From: Zygnema circumcarinatum SAG 698-1b
Lineage: Eukaryota > Plantae > Zygnematophyceae
Assembly (NCBI GenBank): GCA_037447605.1
Contig: CM074815.1
Span: 434,001 to 498,000 of the forward strand
Direction: 5' to 3'
DNA length: 64,000 nt
The notes beneath the pieces were generated by a model, which was not told the origin of the DNA, ran no database searches, and saw only the letters and a list, made by a program, of their open reading frames with translations. Below, in pieces: positions 38,204-50,735 of this stretch. The position numbers and the translations under genes are program-made. The first letter of the stretch is position 1. Every line of letters starts with the position of its first letter.

Positions 38204-39374
38204 CCAAGTTGTTTTTTCTTGCATTCGTTTGCGTTTTTATTGACCTTCTTCTGGTCTTATTTAATGTTTTTGATATTCTTAGGTACTTCTTATCTGTACT
38301 TCCTTAAATGTTTTGATTTGTCTTAACATGTGTGGTCGGTACGCTTTGTTGACCTTGTGCATTGCATCACAGTCATGTGTCAAGAGGAGAATTTGTCGTT
38401 TTGTGCATGCATGCTGTTCATGTGTTTAAAACATGTCCGGTTCTCGTCATTATTCTCATTATTGTGATTGTTATTATTCCACTAGAACCCCTTTAAGTGA
38501 ATGTATGTGGGCCTGGGATATTATTCGCTTAAGGTGCACCTCCATTGAAGGTACGCTGTTCAGCGAAAGCCAATCACGGTTTGCCACGTTTGCACTCTTT
38601 CTGACGTGGCAGGCTGTGATTGGTCCAGTCCTGACACAGATTTAAAACCCTAAAACCCCTAAAAACCCTAAATTTTACGCTCAACGGAGTCCCGCCCTTA
38701 GTAGTTCAACATAGAACCACTCTCAGTTAGACCCCTCTAATTGTGTCAAATGTCGCCCACACAAAAGAATTATCCGCTGTTCCATGCCCTACCTCTTTTA
38801 ATGAATATCAAGGAAACCCCTCTTAAGTGAATATTTAGCAAATATTTTCACTTCGCAGATAATTTATGTTGAGGGGATTCACTGCATTCTTCCTGATTGG
38901 TTATTTTATTTTACCTTTTTTTATTTCTATTTAGGTCCTGAAGGAGGTTTTCCCATTCATCACGCCGCCAAAAAGGGGCTCGACAGAACTGTACTCCTTC
39001 TTCTCCAACATGGAGGTAAGCAATGAAGGGCATTTTTTTAATATGGCTCTTTTTCTGCCTTCAAGTTAGTTGCCTGTAAGTTAGTTCAGAATTAGTAAAA
39101 GTTAATTCCTTTTAGTTGAGGCAATGTGGATCTAATCTCTTTACAAACACAATGGAGAATTTTGCTCTTGATGTGAATGTGTATATGTTGTCTTTTGATT
39201 GTTTTGTGAATTGTTTTTTGCAGCTGAATTGTTGGTAGCAAATGACGTGGGCAGCACTCCGCTCAGTATGGCGAGAGATAAAGGACATGTTTCCACTGTT
39301 CGTTTGATTGAGGTGAGGGAGAACAATGAGCCTGAGCGAGGGGGGGTGAAAGAGCGAGAGTGATAGGAAGCGAG

Positions 39375-39450
<76 letters not shown>

Positions 39451-39916
39451 CGAGAGAGAGAGAGAGGTAGAGTAAGGGAGGGGGAAAGTGGAGGCACGAA
39501 GAGAGGAGGAGAGATAGAGGGTATGGAGACGGGAAACCAAAGGGGATGAGAGAGAGAGCGAGAGAGAGGGGAGGAGGAGAGCTATGGGTGGGAGAGAGGA
39601 CTTGGCAATGCAAATGGCCGTTGATGATGTACTTCTCAGCTGTCAATGAGTGGCTCTTTACTTCATCCAAAGTTTTGTATTTCTGCGATTTGAGCTGCTT
39701 CATCTAGTAAATGCATATATATATATATATATTTTTTTTTTTACATATGTGCTTTATTTTATTTGCAGGATCGACTCGCCCTCTTCTGTGGCTCAGTGAG
39801 AATGTCGACTCCGGGCTTGATGGAGGCCATTGTTGGGAACTGGGCATACAAAAAAGTGTGAGTAGCAGTTTTCTAACATTCCGCAAGATTCTAGAAGTAA
39901 ACAAGAAGGAAAATGA

Positions 39917-39954
<38 letters not shown>

Positions 39955-42292
39955 GTGAGGAGGGGGAGGAGGGGCGAGGTGGGCTAAGGAAAGGGGAGGA
40001 GAGAGAAAGAAGAGAGGAGAAAGGAGGTTTGATGGGGGAGAGGGAGAATGGAGAGGGTGATGGAGAGGAGATGGGGAGGGAGAGGAGAGGAAGGGAGAGA
40101 GGAGGAATCTCCCAGTCTAGTAGAGAGTGTGGGACTTTATTGTGCCATTGCTGTATATGCATTATGGCGAGACCCTGAGATACTTACAAGAAACCCTAAA
40201 AGCATCTCAACCCTGAAATTTTAAAAGTCTCCTGTTGAGATGGACCCCTTAAGAGCTTGTTTGCTGTTCAAAAGCTCCTAGGAACCACGAAATTTCTTGA
40301 TATTTTGAGTTAAACTTCCTTCTAAGACACGCTTAATTTTTTTTTCTTTTGTTGTGCTTCTATTTTTTTTTGGAAATGTGTTTGAGATGCAGATGGGCTG
40401 TGGTCCTACCCATCACTTTGGACCCCCGCCAGCCCCCGCGCTTCATGATCGACATTTTTGCCTCTCCAAAGGTGGGCTGTGGCTCTATCGCCTTCCGGTG
40501 CATATCGCTGTGCCCTTATCCTTGTACGGCTGTTCCTTTGTGACTTTTGTACCTCCTTAACATACTTTGTATTTCTCTCTCTCTCTTTCTCTTGGTTTTT
40601 TCGTATGAGTAATGGCAGGTTTAGTATTTGTATGTGCTAGCCTATGCAACCGCTCTCTGCTTTTGGAGGACTATGCTGTGCCCTCTCTCTCTCCCCCCCT
40701 CCCTCTCTCACTTACTCTCGCTCTCTGTGTCCCCCCCCCCCCCCCCCCCCCCCCCCCNNNNNNNNNNCCCCCCCCCCCCCCCCGCCCCCCGGCTTCGCGT
40801 CCCCCCATCTTTTTTTTTCTTGATCCCGTTTTTCTTTTTTATTTTCCCTATTTTTGTCTATTTGCAATTGATTTGCAGGCGACATCACCGCAAAAAACGA
40901 TACTTTTGGAAACCACGAGACTTTCACTTGGAAAGTTGGAATCTCCGGAGCCCATTTTGGTTATTGATGACACTGCTTCAAGTAAGTTCATTTGGGGGAG
41001 AGAGGGAGGGGGAGGAGGGCAGGGAGGGAGAGAGGGGGAGGGTAGAATGAGGGTGAGAGGTGGGGAATGGAGCGAGGGAGAAGGAGAAGGGACGAGGAGG
41101 AGGAGGAGGGAGGGATGGAGAGGGAAGGGAGGGGGAGGGGGGAAAGAGGGAGGGAGTTGGAGGGGAAGGGGAGGATGGGAGGGGGAGAGAGAGGCAGGGA
41201 GAAGGAGAGGGAGAGGGGAGGGGGAGGGTGGGAGAGGGGGTGAGACGGATGGAGGGGGAGGATGGAAGGTGGGGGGGAGGAAGAAAGGGTGAGGGAGGGG
41301 AGGGTGTGGAGAGTGGGAGAGGGGGTGGAGGGAGAGAGACGGAGGAAAGGGAGAGGGTGGGAGGTAGGGGAAGAGGGAGGGGGATGGGGAGGGGAGGGTG
41401 TGAGGGCGGGGAGGGAGGGAGGCAGATGGAGGGGAGAGGGAGTGTGGGAGGGGTGGAGGTAGGGAGGGAGAGTGAGGGAAGGCGGAGGGTGGGAGAGTGG
41501 GAAGGGTGGGAGGGAGGAGGGGAGGGGGAGGAGGGGAGGGGGGGGATGGAGGGAGAGAGGGAGGGGAGGGGAGGACGGGAGATGGGAGAGGGTGGAAGAA
41601 GTGGAAGGAGCGGGGGAGGGAGTTGGAGGAGAGGGGGAGGGAGAGGGTGCGAGGGGGAGAGGGAAGGAGAGGGGGAGGGTGGGAGGGGGGGAGGGAGAGT
41701 GGGAGAGGGAGGGGGAGGGTGGGGGGGGACGAGGGTGGGAGAGGGAGAAAGGAAGAGGAGGGAGAGGAGGGGAGGGTTAAACAATGAGAGTTTGAAAGTC
41801 AGGCAGTGGGAGGAGCGTGAGAAAGATAGATGGAGAGTGATGGGCGGATTGAGAGGTAAAGGGAGAAGGGGAAAGGGAGGGAGAGGAATCCATGAGGTTT
41901 TTTTCCAAGTGCTTTGGTCGATTATTTGGACCTAAGAAGAGGATAAACTTGGAGCATTTCCACGCTTAGCTATATTGCATTTCTTAGCTTTTAGAGGAAT
42001 GCTTTAAGCAGAGAATGTGCAGAAATATCTAAATGCAATGGAACTGTTTAACGCATTTATTTGTGGAAATGAAAAAAGAAGTATGAAGAAAGTAGAAAGA
42101 GGATCGATTGGATATAGTTTGGTAACGTAGCATATTCATGCCTGCCAAGTGCGAAATGTTGAGTTTATCGAGGTCCGAGTCCACTACTTGGGTTTGCAGG
42201 AACGAGCTATAAGTTTTTGGGGGACAAAGACACTCCTGACTGCCCAGGACAAGTGCAGAAACTATTCAACGCCTGCAGAGGCATCCCTCAGG

Positions 42293-42336
<44 letters not shown>

Positions 42337-43778
42337 CCCCCCTGTGTCTCTGTCTCTCCTTATCCCCACTTTCTGTCTTTCCCTCCCTTGGTCAAGTTTT
42401 TCCCCACTTCCCTTCCTCCCTCAGGTTAATTCCCTCTCTCACCCACCTTTTGTTTCTCGAGTTCTCTCTCCATGTCTCCCCCTCTACTGTATATCCATAC
42501 CATCCTCTTCTTCTTCTGTCTCATTGTCTCGGTCATTCTCTCTCTCCCTCTCCACGTGCAATCTGCTTTCCTTCGCCCCCAATAAACACACACATCTCGT
42601 CCACACCTTCTCCCAACTCTCTTTCCTCTTGTATCCTCTCCTTCTTCTCTCCCTCCTTTCTTCTGAACCTTCCAATTGTCTTCGACCCCTCCTCCTTGGT
42701 TTCACGTAGAATCCCTTTCATTTTTGTCCGAAATACTTCGGACCTTCAAATTTCAAACACCCCCGAAAAGATCCTACATTCTGAAGCATGCTCTTCTATG
42801 GATTCTTCTCTTTTATGTCTATTTTTTCAATTGTTCTGAACATATCTTTATTTCCTCAAATTGGTGGGAGAGAGTTTTCAGGGGACTCAGCCTGCGGGAG
42901 TACCCCGATGGCAGGCCCCTCCTCCTTATGTATTGCCTGCTCAGGCCCCCAATCAGCCTCCCTCTGTAGTAGCTTCACAAGGCTATGGAGGGGCAGGGGG
43001 AGGGAGAGGAGGGGGAGGAGGGGGAGGAGGGGGAGGAGGGGGAGGAGGAGGAGGTGGGTGCAAAGCAGACCCTGATGAAGAGGACTGGGTTTTGCGATTG
43101 GCTATCGAAGACTCGCTCAGAGAGCATGCCAATAGTATGAGAAGAGAGGGAGCATCGTCCAATAGCGATAATGGAGACTGGGCAGAGCAGCCTGCAGGCA
43201 GCTATGGAGGGTGGGGCCCACAAGCATCTCCCTCTCCCTCTCCCTCTCCCACTCCCTCCTCTCAGCAGAGGCCGCCAGCTCCCACTGGAGGAGGTGGGGG
43301 TTCAGGGTCCTCACAAAACCCTAACTTGCGACAGTCAGGCATTGGAATGAGTGATTGGGTGCCTTCTACTCCCCAGCCCTCAAACTACAACGGATGGGGA
43401 GTAGGGTCTACCCCTCCCTCAGCTAGTTCGACACCTTCTCCCTCCTCTCTCTCCCACCCAGAACCCCTGAGAAACCCTCCTCCTGTGCCGGCCGTCTCTC
43501 CCTCCGCCCCTCCTCTCCCTTCCGACTTTGTTGCTGGAGTTCACTACCCGTCCGTTGATACTACTCCGATTGAGCCTCCCTCTGTGGGAGGTGTATCTGG
43601 GGGAAAGGATGAGTCGAAATGTGCCATTTGTCTCGACGAGCCGAAAAACGCTGCTTGCGTTCCATGTGGACACTTGGCGTGCTGCTTAGACTGTCTTGAG
43701 GCCATAAAGGAGGCCAAGGGGCTCTGCCCCATGTGCAGGGCGCCCATAAGGGAGATTGTGAAAGTCTACCAAGTCTAG
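37257..43778 (+). CDS. XBAT35: XBAT35-like ankyrin-repeat C3HC4 RING E3 ligase, canonical copy
   Basis: Exons 37257-37358, 38013-38127, 38935-39015, 39224-39312, 39769-39857, 40393-40471, 40879-40981, 42200-42291 and 42882-43778 are in phase. Motifs include MGLGASKEEQ, WKDPKGRTPLIVAC, PIHHAAKKG, NDVGSTPLSMAR, WAVVLP, ACRGIPQ and the RING CAICLDEPKNAACVPCGHLACCLDC...CPMCR. Confidence 0.9.
41000..41890. repeat. Purine-rich (GA/GGA) low-complexity intron; similar tracts at 15900-16780, 28020-28400 and 36690-36860
   Basis: Direct reading. These tracts generate the Gly/Glu/Arg and Pro/Ser/Leu ORFs in the track. Confidence 0.9.
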
Positions 43779-44869
43779 GAGGTGCTGGTAGAGGAGGGTG
43801 GGAGAGGGGGGGGAGGGGCACTGATGCTGGGCATAAGTGATGTGAGGGGATAGTGATGTGGAGGATGTTTCGGAAATGGTGACAGTGGGGATAGTGATGT
43901 TGGGGAAGGTGATGTTTCGTATGTCAGAGTGCAGGGACGTCCAGGTGTTGGGGATAGTGATGTTGAGGATGTCGGGGATGGTGATTTTGAGGATGGTGAT
44001 GTTCGGGATGTCGGGGATGGAGATGCTTCAGATCATGGGCAGAGTGATGTCGAGGATGTTGGGTTCAGTCATGATGTCAGAAGTGTTCTCTCAGAGGGTA
44101 GGAACGTCTGAGATAGTAAGTATGTTGGCGATGTCGTGGAGGAAGATGTTTCAAAATGTCAGATGAGATTTGGACGTCTGTTGGGAACACAGAGGTGGTT
44201 CGTTACATGTGCGATTGGTGAGGCTTTGTTAGGCTGTAATAAACTCCGCACGGAGAATGTACATTTATGAAAGAGGCTTCAGAATCTGGTTGTATGGGAG
44301 GAACGGGAAGGAAGAATTTGTGATAGCGGTGATCCCCATCTTTTTTGCTTTTTCCAACAGCGTTCTGTTGTTTACAGTTTATTCTTACAGAAAGAAAGCA
44401 TCGCAGATCCCGAAAATATTGCAGACCCTCAAAACCTTGAGAACTCTAAAATCTTAACATTTCAAGTTTTTTGGATGCAATCCTTTCTTTGAGAGCTCCC
44501 AAACGGACAGGTGAACTTTTATCAAAGGTGTCATGCGGTGGAGTATGCAGCTTGGTGCACTGTATCGAGTCCGAATCCCGCAATCAATTCCATTCTACTG
44601 TTAAGTACGGCAATGGTTCCTGGTTTCCTAGTTTCTGGGTTTTGGTTCACGGTCAAAAAACCAAAGAGGAAGAAACGTTAAATTGACTTTTGAATGTAAA
44701 TTGAATCTCGCTTAAAAACTGCTTTTTCGTGTGGCTTCTAGAGCCACACCACAAATTTTACACTTGAACGTCTCCATGTGCCGTTCTATGCCGCCGTGAT
44801 CCCCGTCTTCTTCACGCAACAGCCGGCGTCAACTGCGGCACATGGAATGGTGCCATTTCCAGGCTTGAC

Positions 44870-45235
44870 GCGACAGCGTGACGCAGCGTGACGTTACGTG
44901 ACGGGGACCTGTCCGGTCCGTCGACGACCCCAAGAACGAAACGGCGCTGAAAGGACGGCGTGTAGTTGCCACGTGACAATTCCCAATTGGCTGAAAATGA
45001 GCACCGACATAACCGACATTTTTAGACATGGAACTCCGCGTTGCGGTCCCGCTTCGTCAACAAGACAGGCCATTTCGTGCGCTGATTGGTCCACGCGGCG
45101 CGCTCCCATTCGCTGACATCCCGCGTTCGACTCCGCCGCTCCGCGGATATTCCGCTTTACGCCATGTCACGTCACGCGCTGTCACCTAGGTCGAGTCGAT
45201 CATGTCACGTCACGCCGCCATACAAATATCGGTCG
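44870..45235 (+). promoter_or_regulatory. Putative promoter of XBAT paralogue C with a duplicated CATGTCACGTCACGC motif
   Basis: The identical 15-mer at 45163-45177 and 45201-45215 contains TGACG on the reverse strand. It lies just before TACAAATAT and a CT-rich 5' UTR. Confidence 0.45.
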
Positions 45236-45670
45236 CTCCCTTCATGGTTGGCTGCTCTTCCTTTTTATTCGCACTCTCTGTTTTTACACTCTCTCTCGCT
45301 CTCTCTCCCTCCCACCCTCTCTCCCTCTCTCTCTCTCCCCTCTATCCCAGTCTTTCAACCCTGGTTCTTCACTCCCTCTCCTGTCTCTAAACCTTGATCT
45401 TCCACTCTCACTCTCTCCCTACCCCCTTGTCTCTTCCTCTCTCTTCCCCATATTTATACAATCCTTTCTTATTCCGGAAACCATGAGATAAACTCATGAG
45501 CCGCCCTTCTAATAATACATTGTGATCATATTATTCTTAAAAGCGGTCGCCGATGGACTCCTTGTTGTTACGCATTTTTTTTTCCCTAGAAAATTCTAAA
45601 GTACCCCAGATTTCATAGGAATTTTTCAATTTTCGTTCCTTAGTTTTACTTCTCCTCCTCTTGCTTCGCC

Positions 45671-48600
45671 ATGTCCTCTCCTTCGCCTTCAATTGACGCT
45701 TCCGAGCGTGAGGCCTGCAACAGCGGCCACGTGTCGGCCTCCCATTCGCTGTGGTGGAAGTCGGTGGAGCTCGGCAATTTGGCGGCCGTCCGCGACTTGG
45801 CGGCGCGTGGCGCAGATTTGGAGGTTGGTGGCGCTGAACCCTGGCTGCGATCCTGGGCCTAAAACCCAGATTTGACCAACCCTGAACCCTGAAGAAATGG
45901 AAGTTGAGAGGAGCTCCCGCGCTAAGGAATGGAGTGTTGAAGAAGGGGAGTGGAGTTGATGCAGACATTTGCATGGTCCGTACCGTACGGCCGAGATACC
46001 CAGTCAGCAGTCCTCATATTTTCCACCCTGAACAGTGCGTCCCCAAGAAATTCGCCCCGATTTTGCCGAAACTACCTTTTTGTACGGTAACAATGTGTTA
46101 GTCGTACTATTCGTACTAGCCGTACTTTACCAGTCGTACTAGCCGTACTAGACGTACTATCCTCCGTACTTGCTGTACTAGCCGTTACGGGCTTAAGCAA
46201 AACTAACCGAATCTTCCCGCACGTGCCGCCGTAAGAGGCGCTCGCTCCTCCCCTACTTTTTTTCGCTTCGATACGATACGATACTAAGCAATAAGATATA
46301 GTGCGGTGCGATACGTACGGTCCAACATGAACTCTAACATAATACCGCCCGTCTATTGGTAACACGAACCTTCTATTTGCAAAATCAAGATTTTCGCCCC
46401 ATATTTGCCAAAACCATGGCGAAAATATGAGGACTGCTTACTAAGTAAGTGAATCTTTCTATGGTATATTGAAGTTCTCCATCCGTTTGAATGGAAGTAA
46501 ACACCGGAACGTTGGACATGGATGGTTTCTTTGTTCGAACATTTGGTTTTAGGCATGAATGGAACGACGTTTTAATTATTTTCAAAGCAAGCTGAAGGTT
46601 CCAATGCCAGATAGTTCTGTTTGATTTTTTTACCAGCCGTATTTTTCTCGAATATGCACCATAGTTAGGCTGTTCTCTCTCACAGCTCCCTGCTCCCTCC
46701 CTCCCCTCCCCTCCCTCCCCTCCCTCCCCCTCCCTNNNNNNNNNNCATATCGCCCTCCCTCCCTCTCTCTCTCTCTCTGACAGTACATTGGCCCCGGCGG
46801 GCACACCGCCCTCTCCCTCGCGTGCGCAAGAGCCCGCCACGAGGCCCTCGTGGCGGTGCTCCTTCAGCTCGGCGCCGACCCCAATCGCTCCCTCGGTCGG
46901 GCCCTCCCCTCCCCTCCCCACGTGCTGTGTTATCACGCCGAATTTCTGAGCCAATTTTGTTCTCTAGGGCGCTACTTGCTCGTTAAGGTTCGTGGTTGAG
47001 TTTGACGGAACGGAGGTTCTATGCAGGAGCTGAGCTGGGAACGCCATTACGATGTGCCGTTGTGACTAACCAAATATCAACAGTCAGTCTGCTGTTAAAG
47101 TGTGGAGGTCCGATTCTAAACCCTAAATCTCTGAACCCTGCACACCCTGCAACCACAAACCACAAGTCGCAAACCTTGGACGCTGTACCCTTTAAAATCA
47201 TTATGACGACCTAATCTGACCCTGGCTGAAACCCTCGAAAACCCCACAAGCCCTGCTAGATCCTTCTAAAACCCTACTTGAACCACACAATGATCCTGAT
47301 AAACCCTAAAAGTGTACGAATTTGGTTCAACTGTAACAAAACTACGTGAAATTCTGCATGAGTCCTTTATTGGATTCTTATGAGAGTCTTATTGAACGTG
47401 AAATAGTGAAAAATTTTGCAGCGAACCCGTGGGCTACGGGCGGTGCGAGAGATGGACTGTCACCGGTTGCCATTGCGCGGCATTTGCGGCTCGTTAACAT
47501 CGTGCGTCTCTTTGAGGTGAGAATATGATTTAGGGTTTGGAGGAAGGGTTGAGGTACAGTGCCAAGATTAAACAATTTGGTTTAAGAGTTTATTGTTAGG
47601 GTTTAGGGTTAGTGTGAAAGGTTTCCGGTGAATTGTCAAGTATAGTAACAGGGTCAACAGTTAAGATTTTTTTAGTTTGAGTGTCTAAGATTCAGGGTTT
47701 AGGGGCTCAGGGTTTAGGATGAGATTTTACGTTTAGGGTTCTGAAAAAGGCATGGTTGAGGACTTAAGGATTAGGGTTTACGTTCAGAGTTTGAAAACTG
47801 AGATTTACGGCGGAATTGAGATGACGGGCTGAGTTTTGAATGGAGGGGGAGGGGATGCAGAGGGAACTCGGCTACTATGCGGAGTATATGCGCTGCAAAT
47901 TTCAGAAGAATGAACAGTCCATACTGTGAGTGGTCTGGGAATCAGTGTGAAAGGAGAGGGAGAAGGGGGTGGAGGACGAATGGGAGAGGGAGAGTGAGGA
48001 GGTAGAGTAGCAAGGCAGAGAAGACGAAAGGGAGGGGCACGGAGTGAGAGAGGGGGCAGGAGAAAAGCAGGAAAGGAGTGCAGGAAAAGGCATTCAGAAG
48101 GAAATTAAAGAATGGATGGAATGAGTGAGAGTGAAGTGGGAGTCTGAGTCCGTTGGAGAGTGGGAGGGGGCGCAGCATGTGGGTGGTGGTACTGCCATGG
48201 AACCACTTTGAAGAGCTCCGCCTCCTCACCTATACCTCAGACAAAGTCTGTTTCTCCCTCACCCTAAAGCCCTAAAACCTGAAACCCTGAATTCTCTTAA
48301 ATAAAAAAAATAATAATAATAATAATAATAAAATTTTTATAATAAATAGCTGAAAGACCATAATTCCTGCTCGTAATAATATAAAACCCTACATTCTTTC
48401 AACATAATTTTCCAAAGCGTTGGATTTCGAGAGGGAGTACTTTGAGTTTGTAAAGTCTTTGAAAGTAGAAACCGTGTTCAAGAAGTAATACTGATCAAGC
48501 TTATGCTTTCATTTTTTCTTTTTTTATTTTGGTATATTTTGTATTTCTTTTTTCAGGCGGCAGTGGAATTCAAGATGCTGCAGATCGGCCATATGAAGAT

Positions 48601-50690
48601 GGACTACAGGCACAGCGGAATCTTCAGTTCGGCTTACGTCAAATTCACCGACCATCGAGGTCAGTTGGGCCCCTCCTTGTGGAGTTTAGGGTTTAGGGTT
48701 TAAGTGATAGATTTTTGGGTTTCAGGTTTATGGTTTATGGTTTATGGTTTATGGTTTCAGGTTTTGTGGTTCAGGATTTCGGGGATTGGGTTTTTTTCTT
48801 TTTTGATTTTCTTTTTTTCTGTCTCGGTTTGGATTTGGGATTTCGGGTTTTGGTTTTAGACTTAGGGGTTTAGGTCATAGATTTTTGGGTGCTGAGTGTT
48901 GGGTTTTAGGTTTGGTTTTCGACTTTGGATTTTGCGTTTGGAGGTTTAATTTAGGGTTGTGGGTTTTGGGTTTCCGATTTGGGGTCAAGAGTCCAGAGCT
49001 TGGTGATTAAGTTTAGTGTGCAGGGTTTTTGGTTTAAGGTTGTGTTTTGTGTTTACGCTCTTAAAGCACCTGAACAGCCCTAAAACCTTAAACCCCAAAT
49101 TTCTAAAACCCTATACTCCCCAAGTCCCTGTAATCCTAACCTATTCAAACGTTAAAATCCCTAAACTCTAAACCCTAAACCCTAAGCCCTAAATCCTAAA
49201 TCCTAAACCTTAAACCCTAAACCCTTAACCCTTAACCCTAACCCTAAGCCCTAAGCCCTAAGCCCTAAGCCCTAAACTCGAAACCCTAAAACCCGCAACC
49301 CGCAACCCGCAACCCGAAACCCCAAGCCCTAAGCCCTAAGCCCGAAACCCTAAACCCTAAACCTTAAACCTTAAACCCTAAACTCTAAACTCTAAACCCT
49401 AAACCCTAAACCCTAAACCCTAAACCCTAAGCCCTAACCTAAACCCTAAACCCTAAACCCTAACCTAAACCCTAAACCCTAAACCCTAACCCTAAACCCT
49501 AAACCCTAACCCTAAACCCTAAACGCTAAACCCATAACATTGTTCATATTTCCGGGCAGGCGCACGCTCGAAGTTCTATGCGATGGGAGGGTCCGATGTT
49601 TCTTTGTTTCGCCTTCAGCAGGCGGTGAGGATTGGAGTGCACGAAATCGCCTTCAGGATGGTGAGAGTTTCTTCTTTCTGTCTATGTTCGAAATTCTCAA
49701 GCTCGTTTTACATTTTTGGAGGGGCCGATAAATACGAAACACTTTACAGAATCTATTTGCTTTACTACCCATTTTATGTTCTTTTTGAAAACCCTAAAAC
49801 CTCGAGAATTGGCACAACCCCACGAACCCTAATTTAAGTTAGGGAGTTGAATAAGGTAGTCTTGCTATTTAGCAGTCTCTGAATCAAAAATTTGGGGCAC
49901 CGTTGAACGAAAATGGAAAATCGTTGCATCGACCTGTGCCCTAAAAACCCTAAAAACCCTAAAAACCCTAAAAACCCTACAAACCCTCAAAACCCTACAA
50001 CCCCCTCCTTTATTTTCAATATTCGTTTTCCATTCATCCGTGCAGAGAAATCCGCCACGGAACGTTCCCAACCCCGTTTTGAACACAAGGCAATACTTGA
50101 ACGTGCGTGAGACTACAACCACAACATTCGCCAGTAGAGGGAGGCACGAGAGGGGGGAGAGAGGGTGCGGGAGAAGGGGGGGGAGTGGGCCGGAGGGAGG
50201 AGACCAGCCCCTACCCACCGCATATTTCGCCGAAACAGCCGCCATGGATGAGGAGACGGCCATGGCCATCGCCATGGCGGAGTCGATTGAATGGGCTCGA
50301 CTTCATGCTGTTCCCGTCCCGCCCTCGACCTCTCCCGCTCCTTCTTCCGCCAGCCCTACCTTTATCTCTACCTCTACCTCTATCTCTACCTCTACCCCTA
50401 TCTCTACCTCTACCCCTATCTCTACCTCTACCCCTATCTCTACCTCTACCCCTATCTCTACCACTACCTCTACCGCTACGTCTGGTCAGTGGGAGACGAG
50501 TAGTGGCGGCGAGGCGGAGGCTTTGGGGGCGGAGTGCCGCATTTGCTGCGCGAGTGCAGTGAACGCGGCGTGCGTGCCATGTGGCCACATGATGAGCTGC
50601 CACGTGTGCCTCACAATGATCCAAAGACTGAAGAAGGGCTGCCCGTTGTGCCGTGTGCCCATCGCCAGCGTGTTGCAGATATACGCATAG
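45671..50690 (+). CDS. XBAT35-like ankyrin-repeat C3HC4 RING E3 ligase, diverged paralogue C
   Basis: Exons 45671-45823, 46784-46895, 47027-47107, 47422-47516, 47861-47925, 48176-48245, 48557-48659, 49560-49624 and 50046-50690 are in phase, with the same intron positions as the canonical copy. Motifs include DEETAMAIAMAESI and the RING CRICCASAVNAACVPCGHMMSCHVC...CPLCR. Confidence 0.85.
46006..46438. mobile_element. About 433-bp MITE in intron 1 of XBAT paralogue C, related to the MITE at 54362-54797
   Basis: TIRs AGCAGTCCTCATATTTT / AAAATATGAGGACTGCT, flanked by TC and TA. Both ends align in reverse complement to about 54700-54785 and 54375-54495. Confidence 0.75.
48660..49559. repeat. Intron with degenerate TTTAGGG-type repeats in the 5' half and CCCTAAA-type repeats in the 3' half
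   Basis: G/T-rich from 48680 to 49050, then C/A-rich from 49080 to 49535. Confidence 0.85.
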
Positions 50691-50704
50691 AGGGAGGGAG
50701 GAGG

Positions 50705-50735
<31 letters not shown>

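Noticed and set aside
40978-41935. Long Gly/Arg/Glu and Pro/Ser ORFs
   Set aside because: They lie in a purine-rich intron between verified XBAT35 exons.
43850-44165. Acidic or Met-rich ORFs after the XBAT35 stop
   Set aside because: This is a degenerate GATGTT/GGGGAT repeat in the 3' flank with no coding support.
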